Assembly (NCBI GenBank): GCA_965203295.1
Contig: CBDBCZ010000019.1
Span: 1,632,001 to 1,696,000, forward strand
DNA length: 64,000 bases
Source: Nitrospirales bacterium
GTDB lineage: Bacteria; Nitrospirota; Nitrospiria; Nitrospirales; UBA8639
Direction: 5' to 3'
In this document: positions 21,961 through 32,574 of the stretch, piece after piece
Position numbering within the stretch: position 1 is the first letter of the stretch
Layout of the letters: each line of letters opens with the position of its first letter
Notes under the pieces: model-generated
What the model was told of the DNA's origin: nothing
Databases searched by the model: none
The model's input: only the letters and a program-made list of their open reading frames with translations
Program-made: the position numbers and the translations under genes

Positions 21961-22506
21961 GGCGCTACGGGTGTCTTTGTTCCCTCTAATGTACTCCGAA
22001 TCCGAATTGGGGCCCCCTTAACTAAAGAAGAGGATCAAATTGCTCAAGACTTCTTTAGCTATCAAGTAGGCATGAGCCTCTATCTGAACGGATCCAAATC
22101 CCCGTATCTTTCCAATGGCATAGATATTTTACGTTCTGTGGTCGATCGTTTGAAAGATACAACTCTTGGGACCAAGGTGGCCTGTATCCTAGCGGCCTGT
22201 GAAGGCCGGCCTTTTTTCCAACAAAAGGATCGGGTCATGACGAGAAGTTACAAACCTAACCCCGACAAAGCCTTAAAGCTGACAGATTCCGCACTGGCTT
22301 ACATTAAAAAACAAAAAACCAAATCTTTAAACCTTTCTTACAACAACCTGATTCGATGTCGTGCAGAATACCGAAAGGTGCTAAGGCAAGTTCCGGAAGC
22401 CAAGAAGGAGCTGGCCACTCTTAGAAAAGATCTCGAGGAACTCGGTGTGGATATCCCCGTCTTGAAAGACATTAAATCGTTTGAAGACAGGCTGGGGAAA
22501 AAGTAA
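21961..22506 (+). pseudogene. C-terminal fragment of an unknown protein
   Basis: The frame of ORF 22072-22506 stays open upstream (SNVLRIRIGAPLTKEEDQIAQDFF) without a clear start. Confidence 0.45.
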
Positions 22507-22543
22507 CAAGGTGTTTCATTGAGGGGAACTGTAAGCGGATTAT

Positions 22544-22637
22544 GCGAAGCCAGATTATCGCTTCACCGCGACGGGGGCTTTCGACCGCTTACTGACTGGC
22601 GCGAAGGTCGCCAACAAAAGTGGATACGGGTCTTGAA
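22544..22637 (+). mobile_element. Recombinase-like 3'-end remnant (second copy)
   Basis: Encodes KPDYRFTATGAFDRLLTGAKVANKSG; clearly similar at DNA level to 24545-24625. Confidence 0.55.
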
Positions 22638-22824
22638 CCATACTCCGTCGCCGACTCTGGCGTGAGACGTCTCTCGCCAGCTCCTTACAAGTGGACCTGT
22701 CCCCTTGTAAGATCCCCTCAAAGGGGGCGAACCCTCTTCGCCCCGCCGGTCGCGGGTCAAGTCTATTCACACTATGTTTGAAATAAATTCAGAGAGGTCG
22801 GACAAACGAACCTTTAGTGAAGTT

Positions 22825-24634
22825 TGGTGGAGGGCAGCCATTCCGCCCGTCGTTGACTCCCTTCCTCCAGATTAAAATTCAAGGGGTTGCCTTGGCGGCC
22901 TAAATGAATAGATCGGTCTCATCTAATGCCTTTTATTTCTTCTGAGAATTTCATTCTACCATTAGTTGTCATTAACCATACTGTTTGCTTGGGGGTGTGA
23001 ATCCAAGATTAAACAGTGGGATAAAGCCTGCTAAAAAGGAGAGACACCATCCTGTATGGAATTATATGAACTCTATCGCTCTAAAGTCACAACCCTTGAA
23101 TCGGAATGAAAAACTGAGCGGGCATCTTGCAGATGGGTCGCGCGCCTTTATTGGGCTTGGGAAACTACTTATGATAAACCGACTTTTCCCACTTTCGCCT
23201 CTAACTCTAAATGCCCAAACGTTTCATCATCTGAATACTTAATCGCCTTTTCTCGTGGGCCGGAAAAGGAAGAGTTTCGGGGGCGATCTTTGTCAATGTT
23301 GAATAGGAGCAGGATTTCTATCTCTGAAACACTCCTGTTTACTCCACTTTATCTTCAGGCAGGGAAAACTTGCCAAAACTTCCACCATCCAATGGCAAGG
23401 CAGCTCCACTCGCACGCTCATACAAGGGCTGAACCAGTCGTGCACTATGAGCCCCACCATATTGCACATACAAATCGTGTTCTTCTTGCGTAATTGGAAC
23501 AAGACGCGGGAGTAAAAGCCACCTTACCTTTTCCGTACAAGGGGGTGTTGTAAGAGATCCGTCATAGGCGTAATAACCAAGTTGCCAGTACTCCTTCTTC
23601 TGATTTCTTTTTCTATTCGGAATTACGTAAGGCCAACCTGTAAAAGTTCTGGAAGGCAAAAATTTTGTAAGATCAATTCTTAATGATTCAATACCTGTTT
23701 CTTTATCTGCCATTGATATGTTTTTAAGCACCGTGTCGAAAACAGAAATGCCTTGGCTGTCCTCAGTAACTTGCATGAAAACTGCAATGACGACAGCCTC
23801 ATAACTTTCATCACCGCCTGGTACTTCTCTTTTAGCTTTGCTAGGGAGAAACATCCAATGCATTTCCATACCAAACGGCTTGCTGCGCACCTTATGCTCG
23901 CTTGGTGCATGCCAGTGTACCTGGCTGAGCTCATAAGTCCTTCCGTCATATTTTAAGTCATTGCCTTCATCAGCCTTAAGATGAACAATGTTGTGTGAAT
24001 TGTCAGCCTGAAAATGCGTAGGGTCGAGATGTATTAAAGCCACAGCCAGGTTTGACTGATCAAAATGCTTGATATCAGTAATATTAACGGGAGACTGCTA
24101 GTATCCTTTGTTACAAACACCCTTCCAATGACTTGGCCCCTGCCCACCCTTATAACTCCAATCCTCGGCCCCCACAGAATTTGCCAAAAGTAGAAAAAGT
24201 ACCATAGAACAACGTACAAAATTTGAAGTTAAACTTCCTTTTCCTCGTATAGACGGGCATTGTTGCATAAATCGACATTTCCCATATGAGGAATAACGTT
24301 CCTAGAAATCAGTCTTCATAAGGCGAACCTTCTATTGATATCAAAGTTTTACTTTGGATTTGCCCTGAAGTTTACCATTTTTGCTATCTTGTTTGATATT
24401 CGAATCTTTCCAATTCAAAATAAACGTTAATCGAGATTTCGGAGACCAACCTACCCTCTTCACTCGCCCCATTCCCCTAGCCCGCCCGATCTCAGAAAAC
24501 TCCTAAATGGGGACATCCTTTGTGAGTCAATCGTGGAAGGCGAAAAACCAGGTTATCGCTTCACTGTGAGGGGGGAGAGGTTTGACTGCTTACTGACTAT
24601 CGGGAAGTTGTTTAACGAAAGTGGTGGAGGGCAG
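22825..24634. mobile_element. Decayed element integrated at the tRNA-Ala 3' end
   Basis: 13-bp direct repeat TGGTGGAGGGCAG at 22825-22837 and 24622-24634 (tRNA 3' end); recombinase-like remnant abuts the tRNA. Confidence 0.7.
23339..24268 (-). pseudogene. Secreted alpha-carbonic anhydrase with premature TAG at 24098-24100
   Basis: Signal peptide, WSYKGGQGPSHW..C..G-TAG-QSPVNI, Zn ligands HWH/EH/EMH, GSLTTPPCTE. Confidence 0.85.
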
Positions 24635-24643
24635 GGGACTTGA
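24470..24643 (+). pseudogene. Recombinase-like C-terminal remnant reading into the tRNA antisense strand
   Basis: LRKLLNGDILCESIVEGEKPGYRFTVRGERFDCLLTIGKLFNESGGGQGT-TGA; resemblance to large serine recombinase tails is from recall only. Confidence 0.55.
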
Positions 24644-24697
24644 ACCCCCGACCCCGACGTTGCGAACGTCGTGCTCTCCCAACTGAGCTAGCCCCCC
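24622..24697 (-). tRNA. tRNA-Ala (anticodon CGC)
   Basis: 76-nt cloverleaf GGGGGGC...GCCCTCCACCA, G3:U70 pair, anticodon loop TTCGCAA. Confidence 0.97.
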
Positions 24698-24775
24698 ACA
24701 TTTAATCCTGTTCTATTAGACTAGGTAGATTTTGTCTTTTTTCCCACTTTACCAAAAGGCCCAATAGCCTGCAAT

Positions 24776-25405
24776 TCAGTTTGGATCATGATCGGCTATT
24801 CGTACTCGGCGCCCTTCTATAGACAATTTTCCTTCAGCAAATAGTTGAATAGCTTGGGGATAAATCCGGTGTTCTTGTTCGAGAATTCTGGCTGATAACG
24901 TTTCCACCGTATCTCCCTTCTGAATCGGGACTGAGGCTTGCATGATGATGGGTCCTTCATCGACTCCTTCCGACACAAAATGAACGGTGCATCCTGAAAT
25001 TTTGGCTCCCCACTCCAGAGCTTGTTTCTGTGCATTGAGATCGGGAAAAGCCGGCAACAATGATGGATGAATATTCATGATCTTCCATGGATAGGCCTTT
25101 GTGAGTACTGGGGTCACGATTCGCATATACCCAGCCAACACAACAAGCCCAACCTTATGGTGTTCCAAAACACCTAAAATATTTTGGTCATAGTGCTGTC
25201 TGGCATCGCCTTCAGATTGTATGGCCTTGGGATCTAGAATGATATTTTTTATGCCATGGCGTTCGGCGCGTTGCAGGGCAAAGGCATCTGCCTTATTGCT
25301 TATCACGATTTCTATGGAAGCCTGCGATTGCCCAGATTCAATCGCATCGATCAGGGCTTGAAGATTTGACCCTCTTCCCGAAACTAATACTCCGATTCTC
25401 AACAT
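24776..25405 (-). CDS. purN: Phosphoribosylglycinamide formyltransferase
   Basis: SGRGSNLQAL, LAGYMRI, NIHPSLLP, GCTVHFV, DEGPII. Confidence 0.95.
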   Translation of the reverse strand: MLRIGVLVSGRGSNLQALIDAIESGQSQASIEIVISNKADAFALQRAERHGIKNIILDPKAIQSEGDARQHYDQNILGVLEHHKVGLVVLAGYMRIVTPVLTKAYPWKIMNIHPSLLPAFPDLNAQKQALEWGAKISGCTVHFVSEGVDEGPIIMQASVPIQKGDTVETLSARILEQEHRIYPQAIQLFAEGKLSIEGRRVRIADHDPN

Positions 25406-25528
25406 TTTTGGCCTACAGATTTCCCATTATTCCAAATATCAATCATCTGACACACGGCAAAAAACCAAAAAGTTCCTGGACAATATCTCCAGGAACTTTT
25501 ATTTGTCACACATCTGCGACGCTATTTT

Positions 25529-26569
25529 CTAGGATTTGTACACCACGCCAGTATTCAGCTCAACGCTCTGAACGATTTGCCCAATGATATATCCTTTTTC
25601 CCCTAACTCCCCTACCCGCAAGACAAGAGCAGGAGCTTGATCCGCGGGAACCACAAGCACAAACCCAATCCCCATATTAAACACACGATACATTTCCTCG
25701 ACGTCGATCTGCCCGAGCCTATCTAGAAAAGAGAATATAGGAGTGATATCCCATGAACCACGAGAAATTTCTGCCAGGCAGCCTTGAGGAAGAATTCGGG
25801 GAATGTTTTCCGTCAGCCCACCCCCGGTAATATGGGCCATACCATGAATTCGAAACTCTTTAAGAAGGGTTAAGATCGATTTCACATAAATCCGTGTGGG
25901 CGTTAACAACACTTCACCGAGGGAACATTCTGAATCTTCCCAACGGTCCTCGAGAGAGACAGTGTTTTGATCGAATAAAATCCTTCTCACTAATGAATAT
26001 CCATTGCTATGCAGTCCAGTGGAAGCGAAACCGACCACCGCATCGCCTGGCTGAATTCTTGACCCATTGATGATATTTGCACGTTCCACCGCACCGACCG
26101 CGAATCCGGCTAGTTCATATTCATTTCCATTGTACATCGAGGGCATTTCTGCTGTCTCCCCACCAATCAAGGCACAGCCTGCTTGACGACATCCCTCCAC
26201 CATCCCTTTGATAATGGACTCCCCTTTTGCAACCGACAGCTGGCCAACAGCAAGGTAATCTAAAAAAAACAACGGTTCGGCACCACTGACCAAGATATCG
26301 TTGACACACATGGCCACAAGATCGATTCCAATTGTGTCATGCTGATCCAACATAAAGGCGATTTTTAATTTTGTGCCAACACCATCGGTTCCAGAAACCA
26401 AGACTGGGTCGACATACTGCTTAGAAGATAATTCAAAGAGACCACCAAACCCGTCTAGGTCGCCAAGGACTTCTTTTCGATACGTAGACCGAACTAAAGG
26501 GGTGATTCGTCGCACCAACTCCTCACCCGCTTTAATGTTGACGCCAGCCTCTCGATAATCCATGGTCAT
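25529..26569 (-). CDS. purM: AIR synthetase
   Basis: YREAGV, TDGVGTKL, GGETAEMP, GLHSNGYSL, HITGGG, FNMGIG. Confidence 0.96.
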   Translation of the reverse strand: MTMDYREAGVNIKAGEELVRRITPLVRSTYRKEVLGDLDGFGGLFELSSKQYVDPVLVSGTDGVGTKLKIAFMLDQHDTIGIDLVAMCVNDILVSGAEPLFFLDYLAVGQLSVAKGESIIKGMVEGCRQAGCALIGGETAEMPSMYNGNEYELAGFAVGAVERANIINGSRIQPGDAVVGFASTGLHSNGYSLVRRILFDQNTVSLEDRWEDSECSLGEVLLTPTRIYVKSILTLLKEFRIHGMAHITGGGLTENIPRILPQGCLAEISRGSWDITPIFSFLDRLGQIDVEEMYRVFNMGIGFVLVVPADQAPALVLRVGELGEKGYIIGQIVQSVELNTGVVYKS

Positions 26570-26608
26570 CGTGTGGATAATAATATCGGTTCCTTGTCGA
26601 TCGTGATG

Positions 26609-27937
26609 CTATGAACGGACAAGTTCCACCAATGTTTCCATATGAGCGGTTTGAGGGAAAAGGTCAAAGGCCTGAATTCTGGAAATGTGATACCCAGATT
26701 CGACAAAACGACCCAAATCTCTGGCTAGGGTCGGAGCATCGCAAGAGAGATAGAAAATCCGAGGGACTTCAAGACGAAGAATTGAAGCAACAGAATCTGA
26801 AGAGAGTCCTGTCCGTGGTAGATCGAGAAGAAGCAGATCATACTCCCCAATTTGGGTTCGGACAAGAAATTCCTCAGCTCGGCCCACTCTAAACCGGCAT
26901 CCACCGATTTTATTGACTCTTGCATTCTTTCGAGCATCTGCGACCGCAAAAGGATTTAATTCGACCTGGGTCACCAAGAAACCCTGCCTGGCCAACAGCA
27001 ACCCCAAACACCCAGTCCCAGCGAATAATTCTAAAACACGGTGCCTAGGATGCTCTCCCACCCACTCCATCAAGGTCTGACCTATTTTTTTAAACAGAGG
27101 CCAATTCCCCTGCATAAACGACCGATCACCGACTTCGACGGATAAATCATGAAATTGTTCACAGAGAAAGTTTTGGCCACGAACTACTCGTTGCCTGATT
27201 TTACGAACATGTTTCGGCTGTTCTGATTGCCAGACAAGTCCAATGACTTGGGGAATCTTTCCAAGATGATCAAAATATTCCTCAATAGCGCCGACGTGTT
27301 CCGACTGACCACGAAGAAGGAGGAGAACAGACCCATCAACTGTTGATTGTCGTAATTCGATTCCACTGATCATCATGGAAGACGGTTGGTTAGTTTTCAT
27401 CTGATTTTCGATGGAATGTACAGCATTGCGCATGCTCTCAGGAATCAACAAACAACATGAAGCTGAAACAAAATCATGACTACCTTCACGATTCAAACCT
27501 AATTGCCACATTCCCTTGTGCTTCTGAACCATGAATCGAATCCAACTTCGATACCCGAAAGCAAACGGTGAGGGAACGGGTGCAAAAACCGGAGGGTTGT
27601 GGATGTGCCCAATTCGTCCAAGAGTTTCTTCAAGAACATGTTGTTTTTTGGATAACTGAACGTCATACTTAATGTGTTGAAGATGACACCCTCCACAGTT
27701 TCCGTACTGGGGACAAGGAGCAGATACGCGATCAGGGGACTGGACAAGAATTTTCTCGACTTGAGCTTTTTGATAGCCGCGACGATGGACAAAAGGCCTG
27801 ACGATCAATGTTTCGCCCGGCACGGCACCTCGGACAAAGGTGACAAGGTTCCCTTGATGACCGAGTCCCCACCCGCCGGCAACCAGCCGATCAATGACTA
27901 AGGGAGCTGCAGTATCTGGCATCGAGGTTGGTGTCAT
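26609..27937 (-). CDS. TRAM-domain RNA m5U methyltransferase (RlmD/RumA-like)
   Basis: TRAM N-terminus, CPQYGNCGGC Fe-S motif, YLSC, DLFPQTAHME. Confidence 0.88.
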   Translation of the reverse strand: MTPTSMPDTAAPLVIDRLVAGGWGLGHQGNLVTFVRGAVPGETLIVRPFVHRRGYQKAQVEKILVQSPDRVSAPCPQYGNCGGCHLQHIKYDVQLSKKQHVLEETLGRIGHIHNPPVFAPVPSPFAFGYRSWIRFMVQKHKGMWQLGLNREGSHDFVSASCCLLIPESMRNAVHSIENQMKTNQPSSMMISGIELRQSTVDGSVLLLLRGQSEHVGAIEEYFDHLGKIPQVIGLVWQSEQPKHVRKIRQRVVRGQNFLCEQFHDLSVEVGDRSFMQGNWPLFKKIGQTLMEWVGEHPRHRVLELFAGTGCLGLLLARQGFLVTQVELNPFAVADARKNARVNKIGGCRFRVGRAEEFLVRTQIGEYDLLLLDLPRTGLSSDSVASILRLEVPRIFYLSCDAPTLARDLGRFVESGYHISRIQAFDLFPQTAHMETLVELVRS

Positions 27938-27975
27938 GGCGAGGGTATCGGAAGGTTGAATGTTTCGTTCTCTGG

Positions 27976-29349
27976 TCAGTTCTCTGAACGAAGTTCAACA
28001 TTCAGCAATTTAATCTTACGATGAAGGTGACTTCGTTCAATTTTGAGATCATCAGCCGTCTTCGACACATTCCAGTTGTTTTCCCGCAGCCGGTTTCCAA
28101 TATATTCTCGCTCAAACGCATTCCTGGCATCTCGAAGAGAACCAAAAACCATGGAAGGGTTAACCGTGCGGGGCATATTCGACTGAAATCCTGGCAGGAA
28201 AGGAAGAATATCTTCAGCATCGATGACAGGCTTGGGAACTAAGATCATCAGCCGCTCTAATTGATTGCGAAGTTCTCGAATATTACCTGGCCAATCATGT
28301 TGTCCCAACACAGCCATTGCCTCATTCGTGAAGCTTTTTAATTTTATTCCTTGCTCTTCTGCTTGAAGTCTCAGAAAATGCTGAGCCAAAGCTGGAATAT
28401 CTTCTTTACGATCCCGCAATGGCGGGACATCAATGGGCAGCACATTCAATCGATAAAATAAATCCTCACGGAAATTGCCTTTTTCAATTTCCTGTTTCAA
28501 ATCTTTGTTCGAAGCCGCAATAATTCTGACATTGACTTTGACAAGCTTGGTTCCACCTACACGTGTAAATTGCTGCTCTTGGAGAACTCGCAAGACTTTG
28601 GCTTGAGTCGCAACACTCATATCTGCGATTTCGTCAAGAAACAATGTCCCTCCATCTGCGAGATCAAATTTCCCGCGTTTTTGGGATACTGCTCCGGTGA
28701 ACGCACCACGCTCATGCCCAAATAATTCGGTTTCAATGAGTGTTTCGGTGATAGCAGCACAATTAATTTCGATAAATGGATGTGTACATCGAGGACTTTG
28801 TGAATGAATTGCTCGCGCTACTAATTCTTTTCCTGTCCCATTTTCTCCCGAAATAAGCACTCGACTATGCGTCGGCGCCGCAGCAGAGATGATTTGTCGT
28901 AGCTGCTGCATGGCAGGCGATGTCCCAACAAGTTCAAAGTGTCGTTCAACCTGAACTCGAAGGTTAAGGTTTTCTTCCTCCAGTTTGCGTTGGTGAAGGG
29001 CATTCTTTAGCAGAATGGTGACTTTTTGGAGATCAAGTGGTTTTTCTAAATAGTCATACGCCCCAAGTTTGGTGGATTTCACAGCAGTTTCGACCGACCC
29101 ATGTCCAGACATCATAATGACCGGCAAATTTGGACACTGCTGTTTGGCTCGCTTCAAGGTTTCCAATCCATCGAGTTCCGGCATCCAAATGTCGAGCATC
29201 ACTAAATCAGGAGGGTCCGCCTTGATGATCTTGAGTGCTTCAACTCCACTCTTTGCAAGCGTCACTTGATAACCTTCGTCCTCAAGGATGCTACTTAACG
29301 CATTCAGAATGGCGGGTTCATCATCAACTAGACAAATACTGCTCGACAC
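27976..29349 (-). CDS. ntrX: Sigma54-type response regulator, NtrX-like
   Basis: REC (LDIWMP), GENGTGKE, GAFTGA, HTH; downstream of an NtrY-like kinase. Confidence 0.85.
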   Translation of the reverse strand: MSSSICLVDDEPAILNALSSILEDEGYQVTLAKSGVEALKIIKADPPDLVMLDIWMPELDGLETLKRAKQQCPNLPVIMMSGHGSVETAVKSTKLGAYDYLEKPLDLQKVTILLKNALHQRKLEEENLNLRVQVERHFELVGTSPAMQQLRQIISAAAPTHSRVLISGENGTGKELVARAIHSQSPRCTHPFIEINCAAITETLIETELFGHERGAFTGAVSQKRGKFDLADGGTLFLDEIADMSVATQAKVLRVLQEQQFTRVGGTKLVKVNVRIIAASNKDLKQEIEKGNFREDLFYRLNVLPIDVPPLRDRKEDIPALAQHFLRLQAEEQGIKLKSFTNEAMAVLGQHDWPGNIRELRNQLERLMILVPKPVIDAEDILPFLPGFQSNMPRTVNPSMVFGSLRDARNAFEREYIGNRLRENNWNVSKTADDLKIERSHLHRKIKLLNVELRSEN

Positions 29350-29366
29350 GAAAACCTCCTCCAGTC

Positions 29367-31664
29367 CTATACAGGGAACACCATGGTAAATTCAGCTCCT
29401 TGGGGTAAATGATTAGCAACCTGAATGGATCCGTTGTGATCAGTTACAATTCGCTGAACAATGGCTAAACCTAATCCCGTACCGGTTCGCTTTTTTGAAA
29501 AATAGGGAAGAAAAAGCTTTTCTTGGTCCTCTTGTCGGATACCTGGACCTTCATCAGCCATTTTGATCGTAGTCCGTTGCTGTTTCCAATTGACCTCCGT
29601 CGAAACCCAAACTTTCCCTTTCTGATCCATTACCTGAATGGCGTTGTCAAATAGATTTACAAACACTCGTTTGATCTGGTCTCGATCAAGGTTTATCAGG
29701 GGCATAGAGGGATCGAGGGAAGTGATGAACTCGATATCCCGATGGGCATCGGCATAGAGGGCAATCACATTTTCAATGATGTCATGAAGAGATTCACGAG
29801 TCATGTGTGGAGCCGGCATTCTGGCAAATTTCGAAAATTCATCAATCATTCGCTTCAAACTACTCACTTCATTGACAATCACCCCTGTTGACTGATCAAA
29901 GATATCGCTGAAGTCAGGAGCCTTCTCAAAGAATTTTTTCCTCAAGCGCTGTGCGGATAATTGAATGGGAGTCAAAGGATTCTTAATTTCATGTGCAATC
30001 CGTTGTGCGACTTCCTGCCATGCTGCAACTTTCTGCGCCTTGATTAAATCCGTTCGATCCTCAAACACCAACACAAATCCCAAATCCTTGCCTGCTTCAT
30101 TCCGCATACGAGAAAGATTCAACCCAACCGTCAATAGTTTTCCTTTGACATCCATTTGCCCATCAAGCGATAGACTGTCACGCCCATCGATCAAAATCCG
30201 ATCATAAGCCTCTTGAAACAAACTCAACTCACGTTCTTTAAAGACCTCAAACACCGGACGTCCCCGAATCTCCTCCGCCTTGACGCCAAGGATTCGCTCC
30301 GCTGAATGGTTGAATGTCGTAATCGTTGACGCGACATCAATAGACAGAACTCCGGAGGCAATGGTATCAACAACCACTTCTGTATAAGCCCTCCGCCGGT
30401 CAGCCTCGGCATTGGATTGAATCAAGGATAGATTAACTTCCTCAATTTTGGCTTTACCCGTGGCAAGATCCGTGGTCATGCGGTTGAAGGAGTCGACAAG
30501 GGTCCCTATTTCATCGGTTGCTTTCACGGCAACGCGCACATCCAGATCACCTCGAGCAACCGCTTCCGTCCCTTCGGCGAGTTTTTGAATGGGTACGGTA
30601 ATCCCTCGGGCCACATAAAATCCAAACCAGGTGGCGCTAAACAATAGGAGGACTGTTACGACCGCGACGAAAAGGTAAGCCCCCGCTTTGATCGGGTTTT
30701 GCATAGCTTTAATTTGCCGATAGTCCTTATATTTTTTGGCAAACCCTTCCATTTTTTCCAGAAGAAGTTCTGATACATACGCATCGACGACCACGACACC
30801 GGAGACCCCATTGGGGTCCATATTTGAGAATATGGGCGCAGCAGCCTGAATAAGCCTTCCGACCTGGGCATCCTGTACCACTGTTTGTTCTTGACGTGTA
30901 TCCAACACTTTCATCACTAATTGCGACACTGGAAGGTTCAGGACGGATTCGGGCACGTTGGGATCGACCATGTGAGCAAGTCTTTCAAGTTTTGCGGAAA
31001 AAACTTTCACTCCAGCAAGATTAAACTCCGTGCGTTTCCTTGCCATTGCAGCTATCAGAAGTTCTTGATGTTCTGGGCGAAACATATCCTCTCGAAAAAT
31101 TTCCCGACTGATAGCCAGGGCAGACTTTTCAGCAAGTTCGATCTGTCCTTGGTGATACACCACATACATATCCTCTGAATCTTTCAGTACTTGCTCGACT
31201 TGTTCACTAAACCAGATCTTCATCACCTCGCTAATAACTCCGCTGGCAACAAAAGCCAACAACACAGTAGGAATCAAGGAAAACCCAATGAATGCCGCAA
31301 TGAGTTTGGTTCGAAATCCCGAACCAAAGAGACGGTGACGACGTTCGAAGTAGGCTTTAATCAGGTTACGGGAGAGAAGGAGTGTGAGGACGACTAACCC
31401 CACGATATCAAGGTAAACCAGAAAGAGGACCAGGGCATAACTAGGAGTCGGCAGGATGGAATTGAGTTTGGTATCTCCCCCAATCCCATAGCGGGCATAG
31501 TACATGGTGAGAAGCAAACACGGTACAAGGAGGAGGAGGACGATCCATACAGGCTTGAGATGGAGACTTTGCCCTCGGTCGACTGGCTCTTCTTCCTGAA
31601 TAAGGCGCTTTTTTCTTTTGGAAGAAGGTGGCTTTGAAGATGTTAATTTCGAAGGAGTAAACAT
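29367..31664 (-). CDS. ntrY: PAS/HAMP histidine kinase, NtrY-like
   Basis: Four TM segments, HAMP, PAS, AWQEVAQRIAHEIKNPLTPIQL, GTGLGL. Confidence 0.87.
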   Translation of the reverse strand: MFTPSKLTSSKPPSSKRKKRLIQEEEPVDRGQSLHLKPVWIVLLLLVPCLLLTMYYARYGIGGDTKLNSILPTPSYALVLFLVYLDIVGLVVLTLLLSRNLIKAYFERRHRLFGSGFRTKLIAAFIGFSLIPTVLLAFVASGVISEVMKIWFSEQVEQVLKDSEDMYVVYHQGQIELAEKSALAISREIFREDMFRPEHQELLIAAMARKRTEFNLAGVKVFSAKLERLAHMVDPNVPESVLNLPVSQLVMKVLDTRQEQTVVQDAQVGRLIQAAAPIFSNMDPNGVSGVVVVDAYVSELLLEKMEGFAKKYKDYRQIKAMQNPIKAGAYLFVAVVTVLLLFSATWFGFYVARGITVPIQKLAEGTEAVARGDLDVRVAVKATDEIGTLVDSFNRMTTDLATGKAKIEEVNLSLIQSNAEADRRRAYTEVVVDTIASGVLSIDVASTITTFNHSAERILGVKAEEIRGRPVFEVFKERELSLFQEAYDRILIDGRDSLSLDGQMDVKGKLLTVGLNLSRMRNEAGKDLGFVLVFEDRTDLIKAQKVAAWQEVAQRIAHEIKNPLTPIQLSAQRLRKKFFEKAPDFSDIFDQSTGVIVNEVSSLKRMIDEFSKFARMPAPHMTRESLHDIIENVIALYADAHRDIEFITSLDPSMPLINLDRDQIKRVFVNLFDNAIQVMDQKGKVWVSTEVNWKQQRTTIKMADEGPGIRQEDQEKLFLPYFSKKRTGTGLGLAIVQRIVTDHNGSIQVANHLPQGAEFTMVFPV

Positions 31665-31965
31665 GAAAGGCTCAGGAATTCTTTTCTAAAAAAACTCTTG
31701 CGACTATGGTATTTTTTCGATGGATTCTTAACCGTCAGAAAACCTCTAGGTCAACAGCCTTGAGGTTATCGTTAAATTGTACCGAAACACTAGGGGAAAT
31801 GGCACCCTAGAGAAAGGTTGCTATTCTAACAGGAAAGGCCGTGCTGAGGTGATGCGTACGAAGACTAGAATAGCCTACTTTAGGGGAAGAATTCACCAGC
31901 TTGAGAAGAGTTTTGGGCTTCTTTTTTGAAATGGACAAGAAAACGGATATGTAACGAATGAGGGG

Positions 31966-32376
31966 TCATTTTTCCCCTGAGGCCTTCTCAACGTACTTCA
32001 TGCGCAAGGTATAGAGCATATCTGCCAAGATTGTTTGTTCTTCAGGCGATAAATTCCCTTGGGTTTTGGTTTCTAAGACAGACAGGATATCAATGACTTC
32101 CTTAGCCTGGGGTAAATTGGCCGGAAGGGCGGGCTGATCGGTGCCCAAAGGCTCACCCATAAGCATAAGGGCAGACGAACCGAGTGAAAATATAAAGGAA
32201 GCGAACGTGACTGGTGGACAAAAATCTGCCGTATCCTGCGCTTCGCTGGAACCTTGAGCGGGAGAGGGTTCTGAAGGCGAAGGAGCTTCTGGTTGGAGTG
32301 GATCGGGAGTGGAAGTTTGGTCGTCTGAGCGACCACGTTTGTCTCGGATGACAAAGCCTTGTTCTTCTTCACTCAT
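31966..32376 (-). CDS. DUF1844 protein
   Basis: FASFIFSL...MGE...AKEVIDILSVLETKTQGNL..EE...LRMKYV. Confidence 0.85.
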   Translation of the reverse strand: MSEEEQGFVIRDKRGRSDDQTSTPDPLQPEAPSPSEPSPAQGSSEAQDTADFCPPVTFASFIFSLGSSALMLMGEPLGTDQPALPANLPQAKEVIDILSVLETKTQGNLSPEEQTILADMLYTLRMKYVEKASGEK

Positions 32377-32574
32377 GCCTCAACTCCTGAAAAAACCACG
32401 AGATCAAAGCTACCATAATCCACGTATGACCGCAACCAATACGGAACGACTAGGTTAATTTGAAGAAGTTCCGATTGGAGTATACAATCATGCGCGTTTG
32501 GGGATCTCGACCCTCGACATCACTATTGCCCTGAGCCATATCATGTTCGCTCACATACGCATTTGACTCTTATC

